DNA from: Vicugna vicugna
Taxonomy: Eukaryota
NCBI GenBank assembly: GCA_013265495.1
Contig: MU061441.1
Span: 2,064,321 to 2,128,320 of the forward strand
Length of the DNA stretch: 64,000 nucleotides
Direction: 5' to 3'
Every line of letters begins with the position of its first letter. The first letter of the stretch is position 1. This document shows, one piece after another, positions 23,241-38,489 of the stretch. Below the pieces are notes generated by a model. It saw only the letters and a list, made by a program, of their open reading frames with translations, was not told the origin of the DNA and ran no database searches. Position numbers and translations under genes: made by a program.

Positions 23241-26200
23241 TCCCACTGGGAAATGCAAGCTGTGAAAAAGTGGGCTGCATGTTGGTGCCCATCTAGCTGT
23301 TTCTGGTACGACTGACTCCTGCCTTTAGTGTCTGCCTACGCATGGTGCAGATTTGCTTCCGTGTGGTAAAATTTGAAACAGCAGCCTTCATTTGTGTCCT
23401 CACCTAATTAAGTTTATGAAAATTCACTATCATTCTCAAAAAAAAATTCATCTTTAGTGTTATTACACTGGAGAATTAAGTAGGGATGTGAGAGAAATCA
23501 CCACTCGCGCATCTTTCACGTTTTTAATGGTGTTCTTATCCCGATGGCTGTCCTGTGAGGATACCATTAGTAGGATCAAAAAATTCCAGAGACCTCCGCT
23601 TGGCCCTTTCTACCCGAGCAGCCATCGATTAAGGAATTAATGTGGGAATTCTGACCATTTTTAAAGACATTTATTCAAAATACAGGACACTTAATGGGGT
23701 TATTGCAGAGTATTTCTTGAAGAGTACCCAGTCTTGTCTTTATTGAAGAAACTCTTTGTCTATGAACTAATTAACATGTAGAGATTGAGCAAGGATTACA
23801 ATTCTCTATTGTGGTAGCTGAAGAGAGGCTTCTGTTCCCCAGATCTGGACTTTTGCCATACAAATAAAGTAGGATATTTGGGCTCCTTGTGTGTGAGGTT
23901 CCAGGAAATCTGTGCTCAGTTGACCATCATCAGTATTGCCGTGGGCAGGTCACGTGATTACCATGTGGCTACCTGCCATTTCCTAGGCTACCATGTGCAT
24001 TATGCTTCCTTCACTTAAAAGCTGCCACCTGACTTTTGACAGTGTGAGGTCCTAACGTTCTTCATAATCGTTTTGTGTCAGCTGCCGTGCAGCCATCCGA
24101 AACATTCCCCTAAGAAGAACTTGACTGGGGGTGACTGTAGCTGGTAATTTAATTAGTTTTTGTAGCCACTTCGTGACGTTCTACATTCCCCTGTGGGTTT
24201 ACAGTGGGGAATTTCATCGCCTTTTGCTTTATCTTTAGACCGATGACTAGTTCCAAATTTCCCCCTGTTTCTTTGAGAGTCTGCTGTCTACAACTTACTC
24301 TTTAGAAATAATGTCTGTATCAGGGAGGGTTCAGGGATTCAGTCAACAGAAATGGTCTCTGAGCAAAAAGAGGAATTTATCCGAATACCACTGGAGGAGC
24401 TGACACAATGGATGGGGGGCTGGACCACGGGGAGAAGGTATGCTGGGATCAGGAGACCCAGAAAGGCTGGGCGGGAGGGGTCGCAGTTGTCCTGAGTCGG
24501 GGACGGAGATGTCAGAATCCAGTATGATTTATGGCTAATGAGTAGGTCTCCTCTTAGAAATGATTACTCGCAGCATCTACTTACTGCTTTGGATCCTGAC
24601 AGACTTCTAAACACAGCAAACAAGCTATGAAGTACGCTTATCCTGCAAAATATTTGAAGGGTTTTATTGAAAGTAGTTTCCATTATTTTTAAACAGAGCT
24701 TTTCTGTTTCAAATATTCAGTCTAGTCGACAGAGACACATGAGAGCAGAGATTAATAATTATCCTATCTTTAACCATGATCTTCTTTGAGTCACTGAGCA
24801 ATACTCCCAGAGAAGGAACTGAATGTAACTGGGACAGCAGATATGTAGACTTCTGCTAAACTGCCAATCTGAAAGGTCAGGTCTTGTTGAAAGCATCTTA
24901 AAACACCTGAGGGACAATCTCCTGGTTCAGAATTAGAGAAATTAATTAGGACAAATGTTCTCATTAATTTGGAAGGAAAGTTGAGTTATTTGAAGATCTA
25001 AAACTAGACACACACCTCTGGGAAAACATCTATGAACTGGCTGAGTTCAAGAACCAGTGAAGAGGATGAATATTTGCATAAAGTGTGTTTTAAGAATGCA
25101 GACACGGAGAATTGAATTGAGGATGGAATGAAGTTTGAAGGGGCAAAGAGACCAAAAGGAATGGATGCTGCATGTCATATGAGAAAAAAACAACAAAGAA
25201 CCCCAAACAGACAAGCAAAGCCAATGGAATGCATGTTCCTTGTTTGTTTTTGAAACCATGGAGAAAAGTACAAGCCCCTGGTTGATAATTTCGCGTGGAG
25301 TGACATTCCATGCACATCATCAGAGGGCGTCCAACTACAAGAAGAGATTATTGACAAGCAGAAAAAATGACAAAGAAAACATAATTGGTTGAATTGTAAG
25401 AAGCTCTACCTCCAAGAGGAAGGCCACATAAATTGTGGCTGGGGTGGACAATTACTGAGCAATTACTTCCGTTCGCCGTAAGGAAAGCAGGAAGTTGTGA
25501 ACTAGGATGGGGCTCAGATAGAACCCTGTGCCCGCCTCTGTTTTTCACTTTGCTTGAGTCTTAGCCTCAGGGAGGAGACAGCACTTGTTTCTTGGAAAGG
25601 GGCGTGGTCCTGGTGGATGTCATTGTCCCTGTGACGCTGGTCATGCTGCTCTGGTGGTGTTTAGGCAGTAGAGGGGGTGTTTAAAAACCCAGAGATTATC
25701 TTCCTGCTCTTGTGGAACAGATTAGAAACCAGTGGAGTGAGGGGGAAAGAAGTGGAGCCCTGCAGACCACTTCCATCTGTGCTCACAGTCCTGAAAGCAG
25801 ACATTCTATCAGATGCAAAAGCTGAATTTGAAAATATCTAAGGTTCCTTTTAGGTTTATATTTCTGTGCTTAGTATATAGTTTAGGGGAGGTAAAATGTT
25901 ATTCTGGAACACTTTTTTTTTAAATTCTTGTTTTGAATGAAACAAAACACCATTTCTTAAAAGAGACTGTCAAGGTTTTCCTTTGGCGTTTTTTGATTCT
26001 GCACTTACTTTTGGCAGACAGTAGGGGTCAGACAAAGAACAGCTGTACTTTTCCAGTCACGCTCAAACTTCAGCTGCCATTGCCTTGCCTTGTGTAAAGA
26101 TCCTAAAATCAGCCTTATTATATGTACGATGGACATTTAAATATACATTTCTTAAAATGAAGCCTTTTGAACTCCCATTTTTAATTGCTTTAACATGCGT

Positions 26201-26674
26201 TCACTACTTGCTCACAATGAAAAATCCTTCCCAAAAGGGTAAGAATTAAAGTGGTAAAAACTAAAATGTCTCAGAACATGTTAGTCTGTGAAGCTGTGTT
26301 TCAGGCTTTGCTTTCTAGGCAACCTAGACCATGAAGATTACTCCTGCTTGAAAACACACTGGAAAAAACAAGGGGAAAATGTTAAGATCACTCTTCCTTA
26401 TGTTAGCATTGTGATCCCACTCTTACCGTTTTAACACGGTTAAACATACTGCAAAGGAGACAAAGCTCCTAATTCAAACTCATGTTAACTAATTTCACCA
26501 TAAAGCTTTGGGGTTTGTACAGATAGGCTAACAGAAGCTTTTTAAGTTTCCATGAGCTTTGGGGATATACTTTGTGCATGGGACCGGGATACCTCGAGCC
26601 TCAGCAGCAAGAGAGAAACACAACCTTCCAGGAGATTTTTGAAAAAGAAAGAAACAAAGAAAAGCAAACATGCT

Positions 26675-27275
26675 CANNNNNNNNNNNNNNNNNNNNNNNN
26701 NNNNNNNNNNNNNNNNNNNNNNNNNNNNNNNNNNNNNNNNNNNNNNNNNNNNNNNNNNNNNNNNNNNNNNNNNNNNNNNNNNNNNNNNNNNNNNNNNNNN
26801 NNNNNNNNNNNNNNNNNNNNNNNNNNNNNNNNNNNNNNNNNNNNNNNNNNNNNNNNNNNNNNNNNNNNNNNNNNTAATAATACTAACTGAAGTAAGCCAG
26901 AAAGAGAAACACAAATATCATATGATATCACCTATATGGGGAATCTAAAAAAAATGATACAAATGAAATTATTTACCAAACAGATATAGACTCACGGACA
27001 TAGAAAATACTCTTATGGTTATCAAAGGGGACAGAGGGTAGAGAGGGATAAATTAGGAGATTGGGATTAGGAGACACAAACTATATATAAGACAGATAAA
27101 CAACAAGGTCTTAATGTGTAGCACAAAAAACTGCATTCAATATCTTGTAATAACCTATAATGAAAAAGAATATGCAGAAGAACATATATGTGTGTGTGTA
27201 ACCGAATCACTATGCTGTCCACCAGAAACTAGCACAACGTTGTAAATCAACTAAAATTCAAAAAGGAAAAAACCC
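26675..27275 (+). mobile_element. Artiodactyl/camelid L1 3' end with degenerate TSD, contains N-run 26677-26874
   Basis: gaagtaagccagaaagagaaacacaaatatcatatgatatcacc...gtaaatcaactaaaattcaaaaaggaaaaaa. TSD candidates aaaagcaaacatgct (26660-26674) and aaaagcaaatgtgtt (27276-27290). Confidence 0.85.
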
Positions 27276-29084
27276 AAAAGCAAATGTGTTAGATGATATT
27301 TAAGTGTTAGGATAAACTCCCTTGCATCTAGAATTTTTTTCTTTCTTTTAATAGAGCTAACAAGATATGTAATTATAAGTAGAGGGTGTAGGCAGTATAT
27401 CTTATATTTAACTAATAAAATATGTTAATAGAAAAAGCACAAACGTAATGCATTTTGCTAATGGCTTTTTTGTTCCCCGAACCGGTAGTTTATTTAGGGT
27501 TTATGGATGTAACATAAACCTGGGGGAAAAATGACAGTCCTTTATTGTGCTTGTTCAGCTCAAGTAAACCTTCGAAACCACGTGCGCAGCTAAAGTAACC
27601 AGCAGGACCTATGCCATGCTCTTGCGTAGTTCTTGCTCACCAGTCATTTAAACCATGTGCTTTTAACCTGAATCACTGTCGTGACAGATTAGGAGGAGGA
27701 TGTGCACCACACTCACCCCAGGGAGGAGAAGGAGGACATACCTCACAGTGAGGCGCCAGGAGCTCAGTATTTCTCCGCCCACTGTCCACCTGTCATTGAG
27801 TGCAGTGTCCAGAATCGCTAGCCCTCTTCGCATGCAGGCTCAGGGAGTTCCCACAGCCAGCAGCAAGCCGGCAGCAGATGCTCAGATTCCTCAGTCTCCT
27901 ATCCCATCCCTCTGGTGTGCTGGGTCCTTCTGTGTCTGAGGTCTTTCTCAGAAGCCCCTGAGGGCTGGGCTGCTTGAATAGACACAGGAGTCTGGAAGTG
28001 CCAGGCATCACCAAATCCTCTTTCTCTCTCTGTAACCAGTAACCCTCAGGAGCTGCAGGTAAATGCCCCAGCTCCCTCTCTCCTTTGGTTGGGTAATTCC
28101 AAAATGTTTCTAAATATTAAATGTTAAAATGTTCTAAAGGTGTTTGTTTATATCCGTGCTACTCAAAATACGTACTGCTGTCAGGTGCAAAACTTTGTAA
28201 TACTGATCGGATCACACAGGCCAGACCTTTTTTTTTTTTTCCCCTGCTAGCTCATAAAGAAAGGTAATGACTTAGAGAAGCCCAATTCTCAAAGTCCTAC
28301 ATAAAAATTTAAAAATTCCATTTGAAAATGTGGCTAAGTAGAGGATATTTTAAAGTTCTAATTTAAAAATGTCTCTTAATGTCTATAGAACATTCTTCCT
28401 ACTTGCGTATAGAACTCGAAAATGCCGTAAATTTGAGCACTCTTGTGATAACAATAATTTTATATTGGGACAATGAGAAATGTAGCGCATAATACATTGT
28501 ACAGATTACTTGCCCTTTACGTTAACTTGTTCTAAATATCAGCTATAGAGATTGGGCTGTTGGTATTTAATGCCCCTTTCAGCTCCCACGTTTTATTTAT
28601 TTGGTGTTCAGTTGGGCCCATCAAGATGCAGTTTGAGCATCACGCTGGCCCAGAAGCCACCGAGCAGCTTCTCCTCCAGGCTCTCTGCTGAATGTAGGTG
28701 TGGATAAATTCTGTGCAATCTGCTTCTTAAGAGTCCAAAGCCAACTTTATGTCAAGATGAAATGCTCTTTCCAGTTTCCTTTTATATTCTACCTGCAGGA
28801 GATAATTTCTTCTTATTAATCACATCAAATTAAAAATGAAGCAACATTTGGTTTCTAACTATTAGTTGTGCTGACATTCATCTCTAAGGAACTGAGGATG
28901 TGGTGTTTTTATTCTGGTGATTTCTCCTTCACCTCCTCAAACACAGGATCTTAAATGTTGGTTGAATGGAAGAATGTTCAGGATGACAACTGGACATTTC
29001 ATTTTGTCATATATGACAGAAAAGAATGTTTTGTCTAGAAAATCATTATTACCCCCAATACAATACGGTAATTGATGAGAAGAT

Positions 29085-29290
29085 AATACTAGTGCTTATA
29101 TAAACCTGCCTACGTGCCAGATGCTCTCTTAAATGCTTTTTGTAATTTACTCATTTAATCCTTAAAAGAAACCTATGCAGTAGATACTATTATTATACCC
29201 ACTTCACAGATGAGGAAACTGAGGTGAGGAAAAGCTGAGTGATTTACTCACAGTGATGAAATTAGTATGTCATAGAGCCAGGACTTTCCC
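29085..29290 (-). mobile_element. MIR SINE
   Basis: ttactcatttaatcctt...cccacttcacagatgaggaaactgagg; strong antisense MIR match. Confidence 0.85.
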
Positions 29291-29995
29291 TTAGATGGAC
29301 TCTAAAATATGAATTCCATTTCCTAAAAGATGATTAGCTAATATGTATAGCTACTTAGTAATTATAACAATAGTAAGTAGAAATGTTGCTTGGAATTGCA
29401 TGCTAGCATTTTCCATTCTTTGGATGTTTATCATCAGATATGTTTCCTACACATGCAGTAGCAGGAGTTTCTTCCCAAATGCATGTTATTGGAATTATTA
29501 ATAGTTACATAAAAAATTGGCCAGATTCTTCTAACATCCACCAAAACTCTTTCTGTATTATTCTTTTTTAAATTTTAATGTAGGTCCAGGCCCCAGTTTC
29601 CCATCTTTTACCAGTATTATTAAGCAGAATTTTGACCCATTTATTAAACATAGGTTAAGCAAGTACTTGTATATGAGGATGATACAATAATAAAAACTCT
29701 TAATTATTTTCCAAATTTCTCATGTCTGAATGAATAGGAAAGCAAACAAAATCGTATATTATTTGAGTCAACTAATTATATAATCTTTGAACAAATAGTT
29801 GGATTATCTTGCAGTTACACTAATAATTATTGTTGACATGTCAGAAGTGATGGGGCTATAAAATATTTAGCCCAATTACTTACATGATTTTGATAAATAA
29901 GATGGATCAACAGCACACTAATTTGATCAACTGTCTGGTGATTGGTCATTATGCCCAAGTGGAAAGACTTTACAAGACACTACTAAAAGTTTTTT

Positions 29996-31671
<1,676 letters not shown>

Positions 31672-31814
31672 CCAAAAATTTTTTAAAAGATGATGTGACG
31701 TATGATGTAACTTTTATTCAATTTACAAATATTTGTAATGTATCCACCACATAAAATCATTGAACTGAGAGTGAGCATACATGGATTCTACCTTCATAGG
31801 TTTCCAGTCTGTTT

Positions 31815-32020
31815 CAGAGACTGGCTGTCCAACTGCTGACTTTTATGAATAAAGTTTTATTGGAACATGGGGATACTTATTTGTCTGTGTATTGTTTATG
31901 GCTTCTTTCATGCTACCAGGACAGAGTTGAGTAATTGTGATAGAGACTATATGACCTGAAAGTCTAAAATATTTAAAGATATAGCTCACCCTTTGGTAAA
32001 AGTTTACTGTCACCTGGTCT
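31815..32020. mobile_element. MER58-type hAT-Charlie MITE
   Basis: aataaagttttattggaaca...tattgtttatggcttctttcatgctaccaggacagagttgagtaattgtgatagagac...aaagtctaaaatattt. Confidence 0.85.
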
Positions 32021-32538
32021 ATTATAAGGTTGTGAGTGTAATAGCAGTATCACAGGTAAATCATAAAGGGGTTGAGAAGAAAATAAGAGACATTTCAGGC
32101 ATTTAGAAAAATGCCAATTCAAGATTAGACACTTAAATAAAATTTGTTGAGTGTACTGAATCCATCATTCAATTTGAACCTTGAGATATTTGAATCTGAG
32201 AGAGGAAATTTATCCTGACAATCCAGTCCCGGGGAACAATGCAAACACAATTTCAAAATGTCTTCCTCTGTGGATCCACCACCCCCACTAATCTCAGCCA
32301 CTTCCTACACTCCACCCAGCAAGACCGCTTGCTCTTCTCAACAATTCTCCTCTGTCCCTTGGCTCACACTCAGTGATTTGTTGACTCTCTTCTCATTCTT
32401 TCATAATCATCTACCTATAGAATCCTACTCATCCTTCAAGATTCACAAAAAAATGTTATTTTATTCCCATAAAGCCTCATCTCCTAGTCCTCATTTTTGG
32501 AAGAAATTTCTCTTACATTTGGCTTCTCTATACTTTAT

Positions 32539-32676
32539 TTGTTTGTTTGCTTGTTTGAAGGGGAGAGGTAATTAGGTTTATTTATTTAGTTCGCTATTTC
32601 AGTGGAGGTACTGGGGACTGAAAAGGACCTTGTGCATGCTACGCATGAACTCCACCACTGAGCTATACCCTCCCCT
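32539..32676 (-). mobile_element. Camelid tRNA-derived SINE (Vic-1-like) with TSD
   Basis: Reverse complement GGGGAGGGTATAGCTCAGTGGTGGAG...GCATGCACAAGGTCC...CCCCAGTACCTCCAC...AAATAAATAAACCTAATTACCTC. Box A intact, box B damaged. TSD gcttctctatactttat (32522-32538) / gcttctttaaactttat (32677-32693). Confidence 0.85.
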
Positions 32677-32879
32677 GCTTCTTTAAACTTTATCCACAAC
32701 TTTCTCATGTGATTTTTCACACCCATAAATTGTTTTTGTCTATGTACAGTAAACTTATAGAGTATAAGCTTTTAATGGACAAAATTTATGGTTTACTTTT
32801 TTCAGTTCCTCACGATGGTTACTAACAGTCAGTCAGTAAAGGTGTAATATGTGGTCGCTGCTGCCTGGCCCCTCCCTGT

Positions 32880-33060
32880 TCTAACTCTCCACAGAACATT
32901 TGCCGTTAGCTCGTATTTTCTCTGATTGTCTTGTTGAAGGGCTGTGTCCCACCACCAGAACATCGATATCATTTGAGTAGGAATCTTGTCTGTCTTTTTC
33001 ATTGCTGTGTCCCACTGCCTAGCATATCCTAACTGCTCAAACAAAATGTGTCAAATGAAT
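32880..33060 (+). mobile_element. L2 3' end
   Basis: ttgtctgtctttttcattgctgtgtcccactgcctagca...ctcaaacaaaatgtgtcaaatgaat. Confidence 0.65.
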
Positions 33061-34019
33061 TCAGATTGAGTGAAACTGCAGTTTCAGGAACTAATAATTA
33101 CTGCCTTCATGCACAAAACTAACCTTATTTGATGTTTAACCATAACTTTGATAAATAAGTTTCCCAAATTATCTGTGAGCCGGCATTCTTATATTTAGAA
33201 GTTCCTAAGCAAGTATATGGAAAAGAGTATGTAAAGTCAAAGCCATTAATTCTTCAAATATAAATATCAATATATCTGTAGGAAGATATAGCTTTCTTCA
33301 AGACTAATTATTATAAAACATGGGCATTTTTAAAGGTTTTGTACGGATGCTGAATTTCAGGAGACGAGAACTTGATGATTATCTACTAATGCCTCCTACT
33401 GCCTGATAAATTCTAACAGGGTAATTATTAATGTTTGCTTCGTTATTTCAAAAGATAATACATGATGGACAAGAAATTTCTAGGCAATTATTCTTCCCTG
33501 GTCTGGTTAGAAGGTACTAGGCAGATAAAGGAGCCATTTAATCATGCGAAAAAAGCACCATTTACTGAAAAAGGGACTGCTAGACTTTTTACCACGACTC
33601 TCAAAATATAAAAAGGCACTTTAAATGGAGAAATGCAGACAATTGACATGGCACACAATTGCCATGGCTTTAGAGATGACAAAGTGAAGAGACTTCTGGG
33701 TATTTGTTATAAAAGCTCAGGAAATACGGAAGTTTCTACTCCAAATTTTCCCTTTATTGCTTGCTCATTTTCTTTGACTTGCTAAATTCACTTTTAAATC
33801 ACAGCCATATGTTCTCAGTTTAAACTACAACCATATTTCTAACCTCACACGTTTCCAAGCTAGAAAGATGACTCCACATCACTTTCAAAGAGTTTTTACG
33901 TTCATGTTTGATAAAGAGTTCACTCAGAATCTGTGCTGAGCAGAAATGGCTTAAAGGGCAAGGCGCATTTCACAGTTACTTTCCACTGGCAGGTGGAAGT
34001 GATGGTGCTTCACACTCTC

Positions 34020-34830
34020 ATGCCAGGCAGGCCTGGGCTGCAACCCCGGCTCAGATAGTACTAACCGTGTGCACTTGAACAATTCAGTCCAACTCTCGTC
34101 CATAACTGGGGGTAACAATAGCACCATTTTTTTAAATTGACCTACAGTTGACTTACAATGATGTGTTGTTTCTGGTGTACAGCAAAGTGATTCAGTTATA
34201 CATATATATATTCTTTTTCATATTTTTTCCATTATGGTTTGCTAGAGGATATTGCATATAGCTTCCAAACTCCTAATTGATTCCTCCCCTACCTTCTTTC
34301 CCTTTTGGTAACTTGTTTTCTATGTCTGTGAGTCTGTTTCTGTTTCACAAATAAGCTCATTTGTATCATTTTTTTTAGATTCCACATATAAGTGATATCA
34401 TATAATATTTGTCATTCTCTTCCTGACTTACTTCACTTAGTATGATAATCTCTAGGTCCATGTGTATTGCTATAAATGGCATTCTTCCATTCCTTTTTAA
34501 TGGATGAGTAGTATTCCATTGCGTGTATGNNNNNNNNNNNNNNNNNNNNNNNNNNNNNNNNNNNNNNNNNNNNNNNNNNNNNNNNNNNNNNNNNNNNNNN
34601 NNNNNNNNNNNNNNNNNNNNNNNNNNNNNNNNNNNNNNNNNNNNNNNNNNNNNNNNNNNNNNNNNNNNNNNNNCATTTTGAATTAGAGTTTTCTCTGGAT
34701 ATATGCCCAGAAGTGGGATTGCTGGATCATATGGCAGCTCTATTTTTAGTTTTTAAGGAACCTGTGTACTGTTTTCCACAGTGGCAACAGCACCAATTTT
34801 AAAGATCTGTGAAGGGGCTGAAATTAGGTA
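34020..34830 (+). mobile_element. MIR split by an L1 insertion (MIR halves ~34020-34130 and ~34800-34830)
   Basis: MIR text gggggtaacaatagcacc stops at the L1 and resumes as aaagatctgtgaaggggctgaaattaggtaatg. Confidence 0.55.
34131..34785 (-). mobile_element. Artiodactyl/camelid L1 3' end, contains N-run 34530-34673
   Basis: acagttgacttacaatg...ttagattccacatataagtgatatc...cagaagtgggattgctggatcatatgg. TSD caatagcaccatttt (34116-34130) / caacagcaccaattt (34785-34799). Confidence 0.9.
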
Positions 34831-34849
34831 ATGATGGAGGCATCAACAG

Positions 34850-35290
34850 CTCATGCCGTGTATTTTCAATGTATCATCTCGCTTCATCTTTATAGCAGCC
34901 CTAGAAGATCAGTACTGTTATTATTCCCACTCCCAGAAGCAGAAACTGAGGCACAGATGATTGGCTGAGAAATAGTAGGATCTAAATATGTTTATTATTT
35001 ATGCTGGTATCCGTGAAAGACGTTTATGTATGACTTGACTAGGAATATACTAAAACGGAGTCATCCAGCATTGCACTGACCCTGGAACTAGGTCGAACAC
35101 TTTACATGATTTTCTGTATTAATTCTACATTAATGCTCACATCATCCCTCAGCAATACTACAGTAGCCCCCATCATGCAAAGGAGGAAATTAAGGTTTAA
35201 AGAGGTTAAGCTCTATGTCTGAGGTCTGAGAGCTAGGAAGCTAGAAAGGCCAACATGCGAACCCAGCAGCCTGATTTCAGAGGCTGCAGA
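34850..35290 (-). mobile_element. Two adjacent MIR fragments
   Basis: cagaaactgaggcacag (~34945) and aaggaggaaattaaggtttaaagaggttaag...gaacccagcagcctgatttcagag (~35180-35285). Confidence 0.6.
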
Positions 35291-36049
35291 AGTAAAAACC
35301 ATACTGCCCCCCACTAAGGCCAGCTTGGTGCCAAATGTCCAGGTTGTCAGGTAAGTAAAAGGAAACGGATTGGACCAAGAGGTAGGTTGTGAAGTAAGAA
35401 GGAAAAAAGCTTCCAGGGTGACTTCCGTTCCATTTAGCATATACATGTTAATCTTCTAATAATACTACGTCAAGCACTTGGGGCACAGAAAGTATTGTGA
35501 TATTAAATTGACTCTAAGGTGCCACCATTTGTCATGAGGATTGTTATTTTATTTTCAGTTAGGGAAAAGAGTGCCAAGAGCAGTAGACGACCCCGCATTG
35601 AGTTGAGACAAGGGTTATTGTAAACTTGGTATAAAAGTGAATGAGAAATAAGCCTGACTAGCAGAAGAGGGCGAGGGAAATTGCCTCCGTCTCTGCCCTG
35701 GGCAAGGGAGGAGAACAAGTCTCCCTTGAACGTGTGAAGCTGGGGCTCACTCATCTTTGTAATCTGAATATGCACTACTGATTCTACTCTAAAGTGGTTT
35801 CAGATGTGGTAGTTTCTGACAGAAGCGAACTCAGGTCCTCTGTACAAGAACACACTGCAGTCCAAAGCTACAGCGTTGCTTGTAAAATGCATTCTGATTT
35901 CAGAGTCGTTGAAATGTGGGGGGAACACTCAGAATGGATGAAAGAGGATGTGAGATACACTTCCTGTCTTAAAAGAGCTTAGACACATCTGATCTCATTA
36001 CAATGAACAAGATGAAACACAAACAACAGCACAAGTTATTACATCAAAG

Positions 36050-36545
36050 TGCAAAATGAGGGTTACAGATGTGTAGGAAGATGAGAATTCCAAACTGAAA
36101 AATCCCTGGTAAGAATAGTGAGGTGGGATGTCTTCATGGGAAGGTGGGACTCAGTCTGGATCTTGATACCTGGGTTGGATTTGGATGGCGAGGGAAGACA
36201 TGAAATTAGGTGTGGAGTCAGACTGAATGACAGTATTTTTGGATTGGAGGAAATGAGTCCAGCTGGAGTGGAGAACTTGTATTGGGCAGATAAGTTTAGA
36301 AAAGTCCTACTGAGAAGATAGCATAGAAGGCTTTTAAGAGGAAGCCTAAGTAAAGAATTAGGAGTGGAAATCCATTCATTTATTCAGTTAGCCACCCAAA
36401 CTATCAAGTAGCCAATCAACGAGCATTAAATAGGTTGCTACATGCCAGATACTGTTCTGGGACTAAATATAAAATGATAAATAGTGTAGTATCTTGTCCT
36501 GTAAGTTACAGTTATTTAGTGGAAGAGCGAAGTCAACAACTGGGA
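36050..36545 (-). mobile_element. L2 fragments
   Basis: ccattcatttattcag...tacatgccagatactgttctgggact, with purine-rich L2 text upstream. Confidence 0.55.
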
Positions 36546-38489
36546 TTATACTGCAGTAAATCCTAATGTGATGACTGCAATTTACTGAGCAACGATTACT
36601 TCCCAGATCCTAGGTAGGTAATTTATATGTTATATATTATACTTTAAAAGCAAAAACATATATATTTTAAAGCAGTTTGTTATGGCAACAGCAACAAAAA
36701 AAAGGAACACATTCTGTCTGATCAATTCTGCTTCCTTAGTCCTTCAGGAGTGTGGATTATGAAAGCATTTCCCAATCAACTTCCTTCAGCAAATCTCTGC
36801 CTCAAAGTCTTGTTTTCATGGGATGTGACCTATGACATTAACAAATATTTGAACTCTTTCCTATCTTTTCTACTTGAAATATAGATCTCCTGTTCACTTA
36901 ATCACTGGTGGCATTGTTGATAAAAATCAGCTCAAAGGCATGAGATCGTGTAATTTTATTTGCAAATTTATAGCTTGGATAGACCAGGTCAGCCGTTGAG
37001 GGACCACAGTCAAGAATGTGATGAAACAGGAGAAGGCTGGCATTCACTGAGTCAGGGAAATCAAAACCCAGTGCAGCTGTCAGGGTAGCTCAGGCATTCA
37101 GCTAGAGGACACGCTGGGGAGAATCTCTACAGCAGGTTTGAAGAACCCAGTCCAGAAGACTAGTAGGCAGAGGATTAAGAACCAAAGGGCCCAGGCAGTA
37201 AATGTCCTGTGTGAAGATACTGAGGCTGGCATGAAAGAGGCAATCAGTAAATGTGAGGTCTTTATTTCTGTCCCCACTTGGCTATCTTAGCTACTCCCCT
37301 GTTACAAAGGAATCCTCCTCAGAGTATAATTTCCACTGATCAGCTGGAAAAAGTACTTTGTGTGTGTGGGTACTTTAACGCAAATAAAACTATTATTGAA
37401 GGCAAAAGGAGGAAAAAAGTCAAGCAAATTGTCTGCTCTGTAATTTAAAAACAAACCCAAAATAACAAGGCCCAGATGTACGTCTGAATGTAACTACAGG
37501 GCAAACAAGATGTGCTTGGCGTTGCCACCTGTCACGGCAACACGTGGTGTTGAATGGAAGAGGGGATAAAAGCTACCATTAGTGTCACTGACTCTGCGCT
37601 GGAGACCCGTGAGACACAGAAAATGCATTAGCCACAAAATGTGCTCATTTGAGCACTTTTCTTAAGATGTCGGGAGGCTTTTCCACATTAGTCAGCATTG
37701 GGGCTCACAGCCTTCTGCGGAATCTCAGACAGAATGACCCGGCACCGAATGGCCTTCGCTGAAGACCTAATTGCCTTCACCCGGGTTGTGAATTCATCTC
37801 AACACCTGCATCATCCCAGCCTCTGGGAGAAGGAGAGTGGCTCTGACATTTGCTGAAAAAGGCCCAGAGGAAGGGATGTACACGGGGCTTTCCTTCTCTT
37901 TGCTTCCTGGTCACAGCATTCCTCACTCTGTGATGGGTCGTCCTTGGGTTGTCTGTGGCTGTTACCTGATAGACTTTACAAGAAGGTTTGAGTTCGACGA
38001 CTTTATTTTTTGAATTTAATTCCCTGCACCATCTTTCATAGCAAATGTCTACTGAGTGAAAGACAACCACCCAAGAGGAGCAGCAGTTGATATGGAAATA
38101 TTGACTGATAATTAAAAAGAATGCAGAATTCTGAATATTCATAATGCAAAGAATTTCAATTAGTAGCTGTGACTATTTGGCTATTGTTACAGATAGCCAA
38201 AAAAAAAAAGTAATTTCACATTTTATTGTGCTTTTCAATTTACAGAGCTCTCTCCTTTACATGGTAATGACCACAACTATCCAGCAAGTGTTTCTAATTT
38301 TATTTCATTGATCAAATAATTTAAGACACTAAAGAATGACGTGAAGGAAAATTAGCCCAAGACAACAGGTAACACCGTTACATAAACTAACAGTCACAGT
38401 AAAAGTTACAGCAAAATGGTACATCCTTATGTTTTACTGAACAAATGTTGTCCCGTTTACCTGCATGACTTCCTTCCTTCTGTTTATGT

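Noticed and set aside
32560-32676. Possible tRNA gene
   Set aside because: Only the SINE head is tRNA-like. The B box is damaged, there is no cloverleaf, and it has an A-rich tail and TSD.
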